The translations under genes and the position numbers were made by a program. From a virus (lineage: Duplodnaviria; Caudoviricetes): a stretch of 64,000 nt of DNA. Under the pieces are notes generated by a model. The model saw nothing but the letters and a program-made list of their open reading frames with translations, made no database searches and was not told the DNA's origin. Location of the stretch: positions 887-64,886 of IMG/VR virus record IMGVR_UViG_3300020171_000005; one strand, written 5' to 3'. This document shows, one piece after another, positions 9,092 through 18,008 of the stretch; the stretch's first letter is position 1; each line of letters begins with the position of its first letter.

Positions 9092-10267
9092 TTATGTTAT
9101 TTCATTACCACCTACTGGGAATAGTCTCTCCAGAGCTTCTTTAACCTCACCTTTTATGGTATATATTTGATTCCTGTGGGCAGTAGATACAGTCAACATC
9201 CTTCGGGCTATTTCATCATCGTGTGGAAGTTGGCTTGACTTAGCTGATACAACACAGACGAACTTGCGGTTTATATGGACTCTGAGGTCATTGGATATTA
9301 CCACCTCGTCCCCACCACCTTTCTTCCTCCATCCATCGCGGTTCTCCTCAAACCCCAACCTTAATGCAACGTCCCTTCTTAGATTCTCGGCCCTCTGGCC
9401 CACTTCTATGTGGAACCTTCGGAACAACTCTCCCAGAGTTACATTAAAGGCATTACCATGTTGAGGGTGCTCTTTGAGGATGTTTATTGTGGCAAAGTAT
9501 CTAGAAAGAACCAGTAGGAGGTCAGGGTCGAAATTGGGGGTTGCCTTGAAGCTGGAACTCCATAACTCTCTAAGGGTTACCTCTTGGACTAACCTACCAG
9601 TATCATGCTCCCACTTGAGGACTCCAGTAGCTGTAAGCTTGGAAGAGAGGAACCTGGCATAATCCACTATAAGAAGCTCCTGAGGTGTGTCGTCCCTGGA
9701 AGTAGACTGAGTTCTATCAACGAGGTTACTAACCAACCAGTATGGAATAGAGATCTCAGAGAGGGCATTTACATAGTTTAGGTGGTGGACGTAATAACAC
9801 TCTCCCCTTTTAATCAGACAGTATCGAGTCTCAAGAAGCCAATGACTGACACCGGGTAGGTCCTTAGACTCTTTGAACTCTCCATTGGAAAGGAGGACCA
9901 CAGTGTTGGACACACTTTTCCCCCTTGACCTCCCCCTCCAGTCACCCATTATCCTATGGAATACTAGGTCCTCAGTGGACCCAACAACCTTAATATGAAT
10001 GTCCTGGGGTTCAGCTTGGAGCTTCCTAACCTTATCGACCATACCAGGGCCAGCATGCCGACGAACAAGAGAGGGGACACACGTCCCCCCAGTTGTCCTT
10101 GTTGACCTCCCCCCCTCTCCCCCAAATCTCCACCTGACCTGCTCTACCTGTTGTTGGTCGAGATTCCACCTACCACCGGTCCCCACCTGGCCATATCTTG
10201 AGCGTAGGAACCTCCTAATATCCTTGGGGTCAACTCCCAGCTCAGAAGCCAGTATCGACACCCTCAT
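9092..10267 (-). CDS. 391-aa protein with N-terminal wHTH-like paralog domain, function unknown
   Basis: LASELGVDPKDIRRFLR...RWNL at N-terminus; long ORF. Confidence 0.75.
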   Translation of the reverse strand: MRVSILASELGVDPKDIRRFLRSRYGQVGTGGRWNLDQQQVEQVRWRFGGEGGRSTRTTGGTCVPSLVRRHAGPGMVDKVRKLQAEPQDIHIKVVGSTEDLVFHRIMGDWRGRSRGKSVSNTVVLLSNGEFKESKDLPGVSHWLLETRYCLIKRGECYYVHHLNYVNALSEISIPYWLVSNLVDRTQSTSRDDTPQELLIVDYARFLSSKLTATGVLKWEHDTGRLVQEVTLRELWSSSFKATPNFDPDLLLVLSRYFATINILKEHPQHGNAFNVTLGELFRRFHIEVGQRAENLRRDVALRLGFEENRDGWRKKGGGDEVVISNDLRVHINRKFVCVVSAKSSQLPHDDEIARRMLTVSTAHRNQIYTIKGEVKEALERLFPVGGNEIT

Positions 10268-10270
10268 GTT

Positions 10271-10504
10271 TTACCCCCCAGCCATAGGAGCAAACCGGAC
10301 GAGTTCTACTTCCTCCTGATGGTAATTATGGAGACCGGCTAGGAGCTCATCCCAGGAATGTATTACTTCCCCATTCGGAAGGACAGTAACCATCTTCTCG
10401 AAGTCAAGTTCACGGGCTTCCTCTACCTCAAGGGTAGCAATGTTGTCCCCATACTCCGGAAGGAGTTCCCTGATCCGTAGCCTCTTAACCTGAATCTCTG
10501 TCAT
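10271..10504 (-). CDS. Possible ubiquitin-like (MoaD/ThiS beta-grasp) protein
   Basis: 77 aa, ends VELVRFAPMAGG (C-terminal Gly-Gly). Confidence 0.55.
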   Translation of the reverse strand: MTEIQVKRLRIRELLPEYGDNIATLEVEEARELDFEKMVTVLPNGEVIHSWDELLAGLHNYHQEEVELVRFAPMAGG

Positions 10505-10540
10505 TGGATTTATCCCCCTTATGTTATTTAATCTAGTGCT

Positions 10541-10569
10541 ATTATATCACAAAGATTCCGAATAGTCAA
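10541..10569 (-). promoter_or_regulatory. sigma70-type promoter
   Basis: TTGACT-17-TATAAT with TGn extended -10. Confidence 0.65.
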
Positions 10570-10582
10570 AGAGGTTTCACCA

Positions 10583-10819
10583 TCATGTTAATGTGGGTTT
10601 ATCATCATGTTGAGCATTGTGTGGTACTGTTTCCCTGTAGGCCTTTTCTGCTAGGTGCAAAGCTTCTAGGTACTCTTGTTCTGGCCTTCTTGTAAGGCTA
10701 AGATAAAACCTCCTAGCTTCTTCCCAAGCCTTAACAGTGGCTCTTTCGTAGACCTCTTCGGCTTCGCTTGCTGCTCGGCTATAAGCTTTCCTAGCTGCTT
10801 TTCCTTTTACCTCTTGCAC
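10583..10819 (-). CDS. Helical hypothetical protein
   Basis: ORF with AGGAGG RBS and A/E/Y repeats. Confidence 0.6.
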   Translation of the reverse strand: MQEVKGKAARKAYSRAASEAEEVYERATVKAWEEARRFYLSLTRRPEQEYLEALHLAEKAYRETVPHNAQHDDKPTLT

Positions 10820-10981
10820 CTTCTACCTCCTTAGGTTAATTTAGACAATCCCAGGTCAATAATAAGGTAGGTGGAATATGATAGATGTAGATTACCATTA
10901 GATTGAAATTCAAGGCAGCCTATTATTGACCTGGGATCATTTAATTTAGACCTGGACAAAAGTACACCCCCATTCAATATG

Positions 10982-11299
10982 TTATAGATGGGGACGCTTG
11001 AGGTATTGATGATCACTGGCTAGAGTTTTCCACCTCTCAAGGACTACCACATCACCCACTATAATGTCACCAACACCAGGATACTTCGCCCAGTACATCA
11101 AGGTAGCTTTGGAGTTCTTCCCCCTGTCCTTAAGTTTGCCCTCTTCATCGAGAATAATAGTCACTGCTTTACCGTCTAGTGTACCATGGACGAACTCTAC
11201 CCAGCCACCAACAATCTTCTGGGCCTCCTCTAATGTAGGTCTGTGGTCCAGTTCCTCAGTGGTTCCGTCTACCTTTAGGACATAAGCTCTATTGGGCAT
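10982..11299 (-). CDS. DUF3846-like protein
   Basis: LEEAQKIVGGWVE...ILDEEGKL...N..AT...IVGDVVV. Confidence 0.75.
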   Translation of the reverse strand: MPNRAYVLKVDGTTEELDHRPTLEEAQKIVGGWVEFVHGTLDGKAVTIILDEEGKLKDRGKNSKATLMYWAKYPGVGDIIVGDVVVLERWKTLASDHQYLKRPHL

Positions 11300-11304
11300 G
11301 TGGA

Positions 11305-11514
11305 TTACCTCCTTATGTTACCCCCTCTTTTCTCGAGCTCAACTCTAGCCTCAACAACCTCTTCATGAAAACCATCATGACAAGGTACCCAGCTCTCAAG
11401 AGCCTCAATCTCCTCCAATGTAAATGAGAAAACAGCCTCTGGGACCCATTCTGTATAGCCGGCAAAGTCATTTACATAATGGCGGACTTTCCTATGCCGA
11501 ATTTCTGCTGTCAT
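11305..11514 (-). CDS. Hypothetical protein
   Basis: ORF overlapping stop of upstream gene. Confidence 0.55.
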   Translation of the reverse strand: MTAEIRHRKVRHYVNDFAGYTEWVPEAVFSFTLEEIEALESWVPCHDGFHEEVVEARVELEKRGGNIRR

Positions 11515-11798
11515 CTGTCTCTCCTTATTAACATCTTAGCCCGGGGAGCACAGGATTGAAGCTCCATATAAGAGTTAGTCATCTTGACAAAGGCCTTGAA
11601 TACCTCTAGGTCGAGCTCCTTCCTAAGGGTCTTCTGAACCAAATTCCTGACATACATCAACCTATCTTGTGGGAAAGTTGGCATCTTGTCAGCAAGCTTC
11701 CGGGCCTCCTCGTGGGTCTCTTCTCTGATGAGTAACCTATCGGCCTTCGTACCTTCAGCTTGTAATTGGATCATATGTGGTGGAGTTTTCTTGCCCAA
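11511..11798 (-). CDS. Hypothetical protein
   Basis: TTG start preceded by TAACATAAGGAGG leader. Confidence 0.6.
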   Translation of the reverse strand: MGKKTPPHMIQLQAEGTKADRLLIREETHEEARKLADKMPTFPQDRLMYVRNLVQKTLRKELDLEVFKAFVKMTNSYMELQSCAPRAKMLIRRDR

Positions 11799-11816
11799 GG
11801 TTATAACCTCCTTATG

Positions 11817-12077
11817 TTAGTGGCTAAAGCCTATTGCGAGGCCCAAGTCCACTAGGTCCTCATAAGTTATCTGCATGATCTGGTCATAAGGTACCTGAGC
11901 TACTACCTTAGCATTCTCCCAATGAGCCGAAGCATGAGGCATGGGGGCACCCAACTGAACTCTACAGAACACCTGCCAGTGGGGATATTCCTCTGAGTCG
12001 AAGTCCTCCAGGTCATCGGGTACCTTCATGCCAGCTTCTTTTGCTGCTGGGGCTATCATCTCAGGGAAGGCTAGCAT
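11817..12077 (-). CDS. Hypothetical protein
   Basis: RBS AAGGAGG, downstream of promoter. Confidence 0.7.
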   Translation of the reverse strand: MLAFPEMIAPAAKEAGMKVPDDLEDFDSEEYPHWQVFCRVQLGAPMPHASAHWENAKVVAQVPYDQIMQITYEDLVDLGLAIGFSH

Positions 12078-12112
12078 TTTGGTTCCTCCTTTCTCTATTC
12101 AATTCTAAGTCC

Positions 12113-12142
12113 ATTATATCATTCCCGATCACTTCCTGTCAA
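12113..12142 (-). promoter_or_regulatory. Early promoter CCACA-TTGACA-18-TATAAT
   Basis: ccacaTTGACAggaagtgatcgggaaTGaTATAAT, nearly identical to the 7804 copy. Confidence 0.8.
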
Positions 12143-12147
12143 TGTGG

Positions 12148-12348
12148 CTACTCATCCTGGCCCTCTTTCTGCCTCTGGATAAAATCCGCTTGGGCAGAAG
12201 CGTACTCCACCTTTATGTTTTTTGGAATGGATTCAAGAGGAATGAGGTTGACTATCGTCTTTCTCCCTCCACATCCTGGGCAACCTTTAGGGCCTCTTCC
12301 CTTACATTCTGGGCAGAATGACCATTGGTAGACCATTATCTCATCCAT
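12148..12348 (-). CDS. Small zinc-finger protein (DnaJ-like CxxCxGxG)
   Basis: CPECKGRG...CPGCGG; likely start MDEIMV after AGGAGGAG. Confidence 0.55.
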   Translation of the reverse strand: MDEIMVYQWSFCPECKGRGPKGCPGCGGRKTIVNLIPLESIPKNIKVEYASAQADFIQRQKEGQDE

Positions 12349-12541
12349 TACTATACTCCTCCTTAGGTTTATACAACCCTTTCCCAGGTCCACTTCCATC
12401 ATCCCCAAAAGCCTCAAGGGGAGGTACCCAGTTGTTCTGGCAGGTCTCATTAGCAATGTGTTCTAGGATTTGGTCACAGATCTCTTCAGGAGCCTCTCCT
12501 TCAAACCTGTATCCACATAATGGGCAGAAGTCCTTAAACAT
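12341..12541 (-). CDS. Small zinc-binding hypothetical protein
   Basis: CPLCG...H...C. Confidence 0.55.
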   Translation of the reverse strand: MFKDFCPLCGYRFEGEAPEEICDQILEHIANETCQNNWVPPLEAFGDDGSGPGKGLYKPKEEYSNG

Positions 12542-12574
12542 CTTCCTGACCCCCTTATGTTATTCCTTAGGTTA

Positions 12575-12766
12575 TTATAACCCTTTGGTTATGACTCGAT
12601 ACAACCTCCGGTGCCCAGCTTTCCTAACCCACTTCCCCCACCATTCCATTGCTTTGGACTGTTCTAGTAACTCCAGGTCTACCATATCTAGGTCGTTCTG
12701 GGCTTCTATTGCGGCAGCATCCATATCTGCCTTTTGTTGTTCTGGGTCTTTCTTCTCGTAGGGCAT
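12575..12766 (-). CDS. Hypothetical protein
   Basis: Leader TAACATAAGGAGG. Confidence 0.65.
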   Translation of the reverse strand: MPYEKKDPEQQKADMDAAAIEAQNDLDMVDLELLEQSKAMEWWGKWVRKAGHRRLYRVITKGL

Positions 12767-12785
12767 TTGGATTTACCTCCTTATG

Positions 12786-12980
12786 TTATTCCAATTTCTT
12801 GAGGGTATCGTACAGGTTTAGCCCCAGGACTTTTGGGTCCTCCATCTCTTTAGCAAACTTCTCAGCGTCTGCCTTGTAATGGAAGAGTCTACCAAACCTG
12901 CCGAGGTCCACCATTACCTCCCAACACCCTTCATCCTGGTTCTTCCTCACCAATATCTTGGGTTCAACACTAGCCCACAT
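12786..12980 (-). CDS. Hypothetical protein
   Basis: RBS GGGAGG. Confidence 0.55.
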   Translation of the reverse strand: MWASVEPKILVRKNQDEGCWEVMVDLGRFGRLFHYKADAEKFAKEMEDPKVLGLNLYDTLKKLE

Positions 12981-13012
12981 ACCCTACCTCCCTATGTAAT
13001 TATTTACCTCCT

Positions 13013-13246
13013 CTAGTCTTCGTCGGTCCACCCCTCAACTGGTTTCTTGAGCTCAGTGAGAAGCTCCATATCACTTTCTACCCTGTCTGCATTCACCTCC
13101 TCGATGGTCATCATCGTATGAACAGTAGAGTACTCGTATCCACATTCTATACAGTACCCCGAAACATCATCATGGTCTACTGAGCGCTCGAGTGACTCTA
13201 CTGATCCACATCTTGGGCAATCTACCGTTTCTGAATAACCGCTCAT
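13013..13246 (-). CDS. Zinc-ribbon protein
   Basis: CPRCG...CIECG. Confidence 0.65.
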   Translation of the reverse strand: MSGYSETVDCPRCGSVESLERSVDHDDVSGYCIECGYEYSTVHTMMTIEEVNADRVESDMELLTELKKPVEGWTDED

Positions 13247-13259
13247 TATGTTTACCTCC

Positions 13260-13445
13260 TTATAAGCTTAATAGGTCCTCTTCAAGCTGTTTGAAGCTCT
13301 GGGTTAGGGTGTCAAGGTCCTCTGAAATGTGCCTGAGGTCAGTAGCTATGGTATCTAGCTTGTCCTCATTAGTGGGCTCACCCAAGAGCTTGTAGAGAGC
13401 ATCTCTAAACAGCTTCTCTTCGGGGGACATCTCCATCTCATCCAC
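13260..13445 (-). CDS. Small coiled-coil hypothetical protein
   Basis: Heptad-like C-terminus, leader motif. Confidence 0.55.
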   Translation of the reverse strand: MDEMEMSPEEKLFRDALYKLLGEPTNEDKLDTIATDLRHISEDLDTLTQSFKQLEEDLLSL

Positions 13446-13461
13446 CTCCTTATGTTATTCC

Positions 13462-13656
13462 TTAGGCCTGTATTATCTTAAAGTTGGGCTTGAACCTTAA
13501 GAAGGCCACTCCATTGATGCAGACCCAAATCCTACCGTCCGTGGCAATTTGGATGCCAAGGGCACCCTCCATATAGCCAGGTGTTCGTAGTAGACCCACT
13601 GGCCAATTCTCGATGGAAATAAGCCCTTTCTGGGTAGTTTCCTTGAGTTCCTTCAT
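13462..13656 (-). CDS. Hypothetical protein
   Basis: Likely start MKELKE after AGGGG; GIQIATDGRIWVCINGVAFLRF. Confidence 0.55.
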   Translation of the reverse strand: MKELKETTQKGLISIENWPVGLLRTPGYMEGALGIQIATDGRIWVCINGVAFLRFKPNFKIIQA

Positions 13657-13687
13657 CCAGTTACCCCTTTCTATATCTCTCACTAAC

Positions 13688-13717
13688 ATTATAGCTAATG
13701 AAGTCACTTCCTGTCAA
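13688..13717 (-). promoter_or_regulatory. Early promoter CCACA-TTGACA-18-TATAAT
   Basis: ccacaTTGACAggaagtgacttcattagcTATAAT. Confidence 0.8.
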
Positions 13718-13731
13718 TGTGGAAGCCTACC

Positions 13732-13929
13732 TTAGAAATCCTGGCCCTGCTCCCTCTTTGTGGCACAGCTATCGCAGTAGCCGTAACTTGGAAGGATCTT
13801 AACAATTCTTCCACATCCTTGACACTTCTTCCTAACCGAGCGCTTCTGGACGTCTCGGTAGAACTCGATGTCATCCTCATCCTGGATGTCATAGGTACCG
13901 AAGTTATCGTCTACATAACTCCTATTCAC
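13732..13929 (-). CDS. Small zinc-binding phage protein
   Basis: YVDDNFG...KKCQGCG...YCDSCA. Confidence 0.6.
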   Translation of the reverse strand: MNRSYVDDNFGTYDIQDEDDIEFYRDVQKRSVRKKCQGCGRIVKILPSYGYCDSCATKREQGQDF

Positions 13930-13962
13930 GTTAGTCCACCCCCTTTTCCTAGGATTTACAAC

Positions 13963-14319
13963 CTAGTGGCTGTGTTCCGTAAACTGGTCAATGAAGTTAA
14001 GAGCTCTAGCCATCTCTTCAGCAGTACACCCTAGACCTACTAGCCTATTCCGGTACCCTGCTATGAAGTCCACAAAGAGTGAAAGGCTACCGTCGTAACG
14101 GAGTTGATGAACCTCTTCGGCCAACTTCTCTTCATCTTCGGTCATTCGTTTCCGGATCATATCCTCGAGCTTACCTTTTCCCCATTCCTCCTCCACTTCT
14201 TCATCGGTAAGGTCGAGGATATACCAACTGCCCCACTTACCCTCGGAGATAAACTTGCAGAATTGGTCTCGAAGGGCTGCAGCCGGTATCTGTCCCATAC
14301 TTTCTTCCATCTCTCTCAC
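13963..14319 (-). CDS. Hypothetical protein
   Basis: 118-aa ORF with RBS. Confidence 0.6.
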   Translation of the reverse strand: MREMEESMGQIPAAALRDQFCKFISEGKWGSWYILDLTDEEVEEEWGKGKLEDMIRKRMTEDEEKLAEEVHQLRYDGSLSLFVDFIAGYRNRLVGLGCTAEEMARALNFIDQFTEHSH

Positions 14320-14558
14320 CTCCTGTAACTGTTAGCCCACCTCCCCTAATTCACCTTGGATAGGATCTTCAGGGTAATAGCTAGTGTGGCTATCTCTGAA
14401 CCCAAGGTTTCTATCCTATCCCAATCCATCTTCCCAATAGTCTCAATTAGCTCATCCGTAGAGTCAATAATCCCTTGGAAAGCCTGTTTCATACCCTCTT
14501 CTCTGTCTTCTGCCATAATGTAGTTCCTCCCAATGTGGCTATTTCTATCTTATACCTA

Positions 14559-14588
14559 ATTATAGCTAATTCGGTCGTCTCCTGTCAA
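14559..14588 (-). promoter_or_regulatory. Early promoter CCACA-TTGACA-18-TATAAT
   Basis: ccacaTTGACAggagacgaccgaattagcTATAAT. Confidence 0.75.
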
Positions 14589-14602
14589 TGTGGCTACATG
14601 AC

Positions 14603-14812
14603 CTAAGGTGACCCCGCATTGGTTCCTGGCGGATAATCAGGCCCATTATAGGGCTCCTCATCACTGGGAACCACAAATACTTCGGTATGGCGGTCCCATA
14701 ATCCTGTTTGAAGGGCGAAATGAGCCAGCTTATGGCCCATTTCCTCCAGCTCCTTGGTGGTATGGGTCGCCGACTTTACAATGATTGTAATCTTCCCTTT
14801 CAGGTTCTCCAT
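14603..14812 (-). CDS. Hypothetical protein
   Basis: RBS GGAGGGGAG. Confidence 0.55.
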   Translation of the reverse strand: MENLKGKITIIVKSATHTTKELEEMGHKLAHFALQTGLWDRHTEVFVVPSDEEPYNGPDYPPGTNAGSP

Positions 14813-15143
14813 ATTCTCCCCTCCTGTGGCTATTTAGCCACCTACAATTATTATATATATCGCTAGGCTATCTTCCGTTCCCCATCCTGTCCTCTCTACC
14901 CCCACCCGAGCCTTTGTAACCTTGGGCCACAGCTACCACAAACCTTAGCGGTAGCTATGCCATACTGGCCCTTTAGCCTGAGGGTCACTATAGCATCAGG
15001 CCCTGTTGCCTCCTCAATAACCTTACCCTCAAACACGACTCTTTCCTTACCGCACCTTTGGCACTTCATCCTGTAATCCTCCTTCTTAGCTACCCCCCGA
15101 GGGGAAGCCGGGGGAGGTTTTATTCCTCCCCCTTTAGCTCTTC

Positions 15144-15449
15144 CTATTCTCCCTCCTCTTCCTCCCCCTCTTCCTCTTCACCTTCCTCCTTCTCTTCCTC
15201 TTCCTTCTCCTCCTCTTCCCCCTCGTGTAATTCCTTCTCTATCTGGGCCTTCTTCTCTGCCCCAGCCTGGGCCTTCTTTGCCTTGTATGCCTTCTCCACC
15301 TCCTTGGCCATAGCCGTGGGAATTTCCCATTTCTTCCCCTTCATCTCGGCTACCCTGGGCCTATCGGCTCTTAGCATTGCCCGTAGCCTCTTTGCCGAAA
15401 TTCCCAACTTGGCTGCAAGGACCTTGGGTTCCATTGTATTGGTTGTCAT
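15144..15449 (-). CDS. wHTH-like paralog with poly-Glu acidic tail
   Basis: LAAKLGISAKRLRAMLR...KWEI; C-terminal E-rich tract; start MTTNT after GGGGGTGA. Confidence 0.7.
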   Translation of the reverse strand: MTTNTMEPKVLAAKLGISAKRLRAMLRADRPRVAEMKGKKWEIPTAMAKEVEKAYKAKKAQAGAEKKAQIEKELHEGEEEEKEEEEKEEGEEEEGEEEEGE

Positions 15450-15684
15450 CCTGTTCACCCCCTTTGCCTTGTTAAATTTTGCCTCGGGTTTTGGCAAGTC
15501 AAGGACTTTTTCTATTTATACCTTATTTTAGCAAACTTTTGCCGAAAACTCAATGTTTGAAACAAATCTATCAAATATTCATAAATGAATTCTTTTTTAA
15601 TCGAATTCAAAAAAGACCAAAGGGACAAATAAATCAAAGGGGGACTCTATCTGGACCAGTACCTAGCTACTTCTACCCACTTCC

Positions 15685-15888
15685 TCATGTTTCACCTCTA
15701 CTCACCTCCTTAGGTGAATAGAACTCCTTTTGGTCTGCGATAAAGTAAGGATCATTGCGGATAGCTGCCCATCCTTGACAACCTTCATAGTCACAGGCAC
15801 AGGGCATAGTAACAAACCAACGCCTGTACTCCTCTGTTGTAATATGCTTCTGCTCACAGTAATCTCGTTCAAACTCTTCCCCATCCAC
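15685..15888 (-). CDS. Hypothetical protein
   Basis: PCACDYEGCQGWAA motif, RBS. Confidence 0.6.
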   Translation of the reverse strand: MDGEEFERDYCEQKHITTEEYRRWFVTMPCACDYEGCQGWAAIRNDPYFIADQKEFYSPKEVSRGET

Positions 15889-15971
15889 TGTCTCTTTAAC
15901 CTCCTCTTAATGTGTACCACTGGATGTACCTTTGGTTACCTCCCCCGCCAACTTCTCAACTTCCTCATGTT

Positions 15972-16175
15972 TCACCTCTCCCTCCCCTCTTGTCCTGACT
16001 TAGCCTTATACCTAGTAGGGCTGTTAGCGTTCTCCTTGACCAGCTTCACTATGTCATCCTTCCCCTGCTCAGTAAGCAGTAGGTGGAGGTGGTTAAGGAG
16101 ACAGCTCAGTTTCCTGGGTTCCAAGCAGATTATACATTCCTTTGGTTTATCTACGAAGATACACTCAGCCATCAC
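15972..16175 (-). CDS. Cys-rich hypothetical protein
   Basis: ORF co-oriented, RBS GGAGGGG. Confidence 0.5.
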   Translation of the reverse strand: MMAECIFVDKPKECIICLEPRKLSCLLNHLHLLLTEQGKDDIVKLVKENANSPTRYKAKSGQEGRER

Positions 16176-16371
16176 TTTCTTCCCCCTCCTTACCCACCTC
16201 CCTTAGAGCATCCGCTACCATTCTCCTGTCTATATACCTCTTTATGGCATCCAATCCTTCATATGAGTATAAGTCTTTCTCCATCCTCTTAGTAGCTGTC
16301 CATAGGGGAGAGGGGGATAGAGACTCATATATCCTCCAACCTCTATAAATCTCTGGTGGTATCATTCTCAT
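16165..16371 (-). CDS. Hypothetical protein
   Basis: RBS AAGGAG. Confidence 0.55.
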   Translation of the reverse strand: MRMIPPEIYRGWRIYESLSPSPLWTATKRMEKDLYSYEGLDAIKRYIDRRMVADALREVGKEGEESDG

Positions 16372-16380
16372 CTCCTTTTC

Positions 16381-16776
16381 TTACCCTTTACTGAATGGGA
16401 GCTTAAATGGAAATCCCTGCGTCTGTGGCCTCTGCTGTGTCTGTATTTGAACCGTAACTTCCTGCCAGAGGAGGTCTACTTCTCTCACGTATAACCTCTT
16501 GCAGTTCTTACAGATGGCAAGAAAAACCTTCAGAGTCGACACCTTGGGGGTACTACCTAACAAAGCCTGGGAGGCCATCTTCTGTAGCTTACGTGGGTCA
16601 TACAGAGGGAACCCAAGCGACAACCCATTGGCAAACATCTCTTCAGGTATCTTCCCCTTATCCTTCAATTCTCTGATAGTCTCAGCGCCAATACAGTCAG
16701 CACACCCACAGTCAGGGCAGACATCGTATCCCTTTATCGGGAATCCCATGTTAATGTTCTCTTCTCCCATACTCAT
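16381..16776 (-). CDS. Zinc-binding hypothetical protein
   Basis: CPDCG...CKNC; RBS AGGAGG. Confidence 0.65.
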   Translation of the reverse strand: MSMGEENINMGFPIKGYDVCPDCGCADCIGAETIRELKDKGKIPEEMFANGLSLGFPLYDPRKLQKMASQALLGSTPKVSTLKVFLAICKNCKRLYVREVDLLWQEVTVQIQTQQRPQTQGFPFKLPFSKG

Positions 16777-16906
16777 TTTACCTCCTTATGTTTTATCCCT
16801 TCTTCTTCCCCTTCTTGGTATATTTCTCGGTGTGTCCCCGGGTCGCTATACGCTGTTTCCTATACTGGAGCTTACGCTTCGCCATGTCTCACCTATCCTT
16901 CTTCTT

Positions 16907-17248
16907 CTACCTTGGAGTCTCTATCTTAATGTAGTCAATCTCCATGTTCTCTTTTACCGGCCTCTTTGGAACTAAACCTTGTTTTGCCTTTTTGTCATAG
17001 GCTTTGAGTATTTCCTGCCACCATTGGGCAAAGGGTTTATGGATGTTAGCCATTAGTTGCCAAATAAGCTCATCTCCGTCCTGAGACAGTAATATCCTCG
17101 GGCAACAACCCTCGAAGCAGTCGACAAAGACCGACTTTTCATCCCAAGAAGGCCAATTGTGCAGTAATTCCTCAATGTTCTTAGCAAACGCAATTAGGGA
17201 GAAGCAGTGAGTACACATAACATTGAACTGTTCCCCGGTTATTAGCAT
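16907..17248 (-). CDS. Hypothetical protein
   Basis: CTHC...CC; coupled to upstream gene. Confidence 0.55.
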   Translation of the reverse strand: MLITGEQFNVMCTHCFSLIAFAKNIEELLHNWPSWDEKSVFVDCFEGCCPRILLSQDGDELIWQLMANIHKPFAQWWQEILKAYDKKAKQGLVPKRPVKENMEIDYIKIETPR

Positions 17249-17251
17249 TAC

Positions 17252-17593
17252 TTACCCCCTATCAACGGATTCGCTCCATAGTTCTCTTCTTCCAACCCAC
17301 TCCTTGAGTTTGGCTTGCCAGTCGTTCTCATCCACCCAACGGTACTCATTAAAATATGACATAACATCTGGGTCACACCTTTCAAGTTGGCTATATTTCT
17401 TAAACCACTCCACCACTTCCCTTCTGTTCGCTTCTTCACCTGCTTTGAAGGCTATCTCCCAGGTGCGTTTGGCTTGTGCTTCTCGCTCGCATTGAACTTT
17501 ATCTTCTATTCCAAACTCCTCACCACAATGAGGACACCAGATAGATTCACTATGACGTTCTACTTTACTCACTGTCTCTTCCCAACTATTCAT
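17252..17593 (-). CDS. Hypothetical protein with CPxCG motif
   Basis: WCPHCG...AFKAG; RBS GGAGGG. Confidence 0.6.
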   Translation of the reverse strand: MNSWEETVSKVERHSESIWCPHCGEEFGIEDKVQCEREAQAKRTWEIAFKAGEEANRREVVEWFKKYSQLERCDPDVMSYFNEYRWVDENDWQAKLKEWVGRRELWSESVDRG

Positions 17594-17716
17594 TCCTTCC
17601 CTCCTTCATAATCCTCAACCAGATGAAGAATGCTCGCTTCCGTAAGTCTGACAATTTATGTCGGTTTTCCCAGAACCAACTTAATGTTGCTCGATACATC
17701 CTTCTCTCCTATCTGG

Positions 17717-17997
17717 TGGGTGGGGGTTACCGATTAACTAACAACGCCTCATAGCATCGCTTTCACCCCCACCCATTCCCTCCTACGCCTGAGCCATCCC
17801 GCAATCTTCAAACGACCTACTTCATAGCGCTTGGCTCATCAGGAGATGGTCTATCCTGCGGAAGCTATCTCCTTAGCTCGGCTCAGGCTTTCCCCCGAAG
17901 GGGAGCCAGCTAGTAGCATATTCGGCAGCAACTACTACACGTTACCAACACTACGATTGGCTTGCGTACCTATCCCTTTCGGGTAGCTGGCACTCCC
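17717..17997 (-). ncRNA. Candidate structured non-coding RNA (three stem-closed domains)
   Basis: ORF-free; stems 17717-17727/17765-17775, 17787-17795/17880-17888, 17901-17912/17984-17997; cUUCGg and cccGAAAggg tetraloops read on minus strand. Confidence 0.55.
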
Positions 17998-18008
17998 ACG
18001 CTGGCTCT

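Noticed and set aside
15144-15230. Pyrimidine-rich simple repeat as a regulatory element
   Set aside because: Explained by the poly-Glu tail of the minus-strand ORF
17820-17845. Hammerhead ribozyme (CUGAUGA on minus strand)
   Set aside because: No GAAA core after a stem II that I can identify
17901-17997. tRNA gene
   Set aside because: Multi-branched stem but no T-loop GTTCRA, no D-loop consensus and no CCA end
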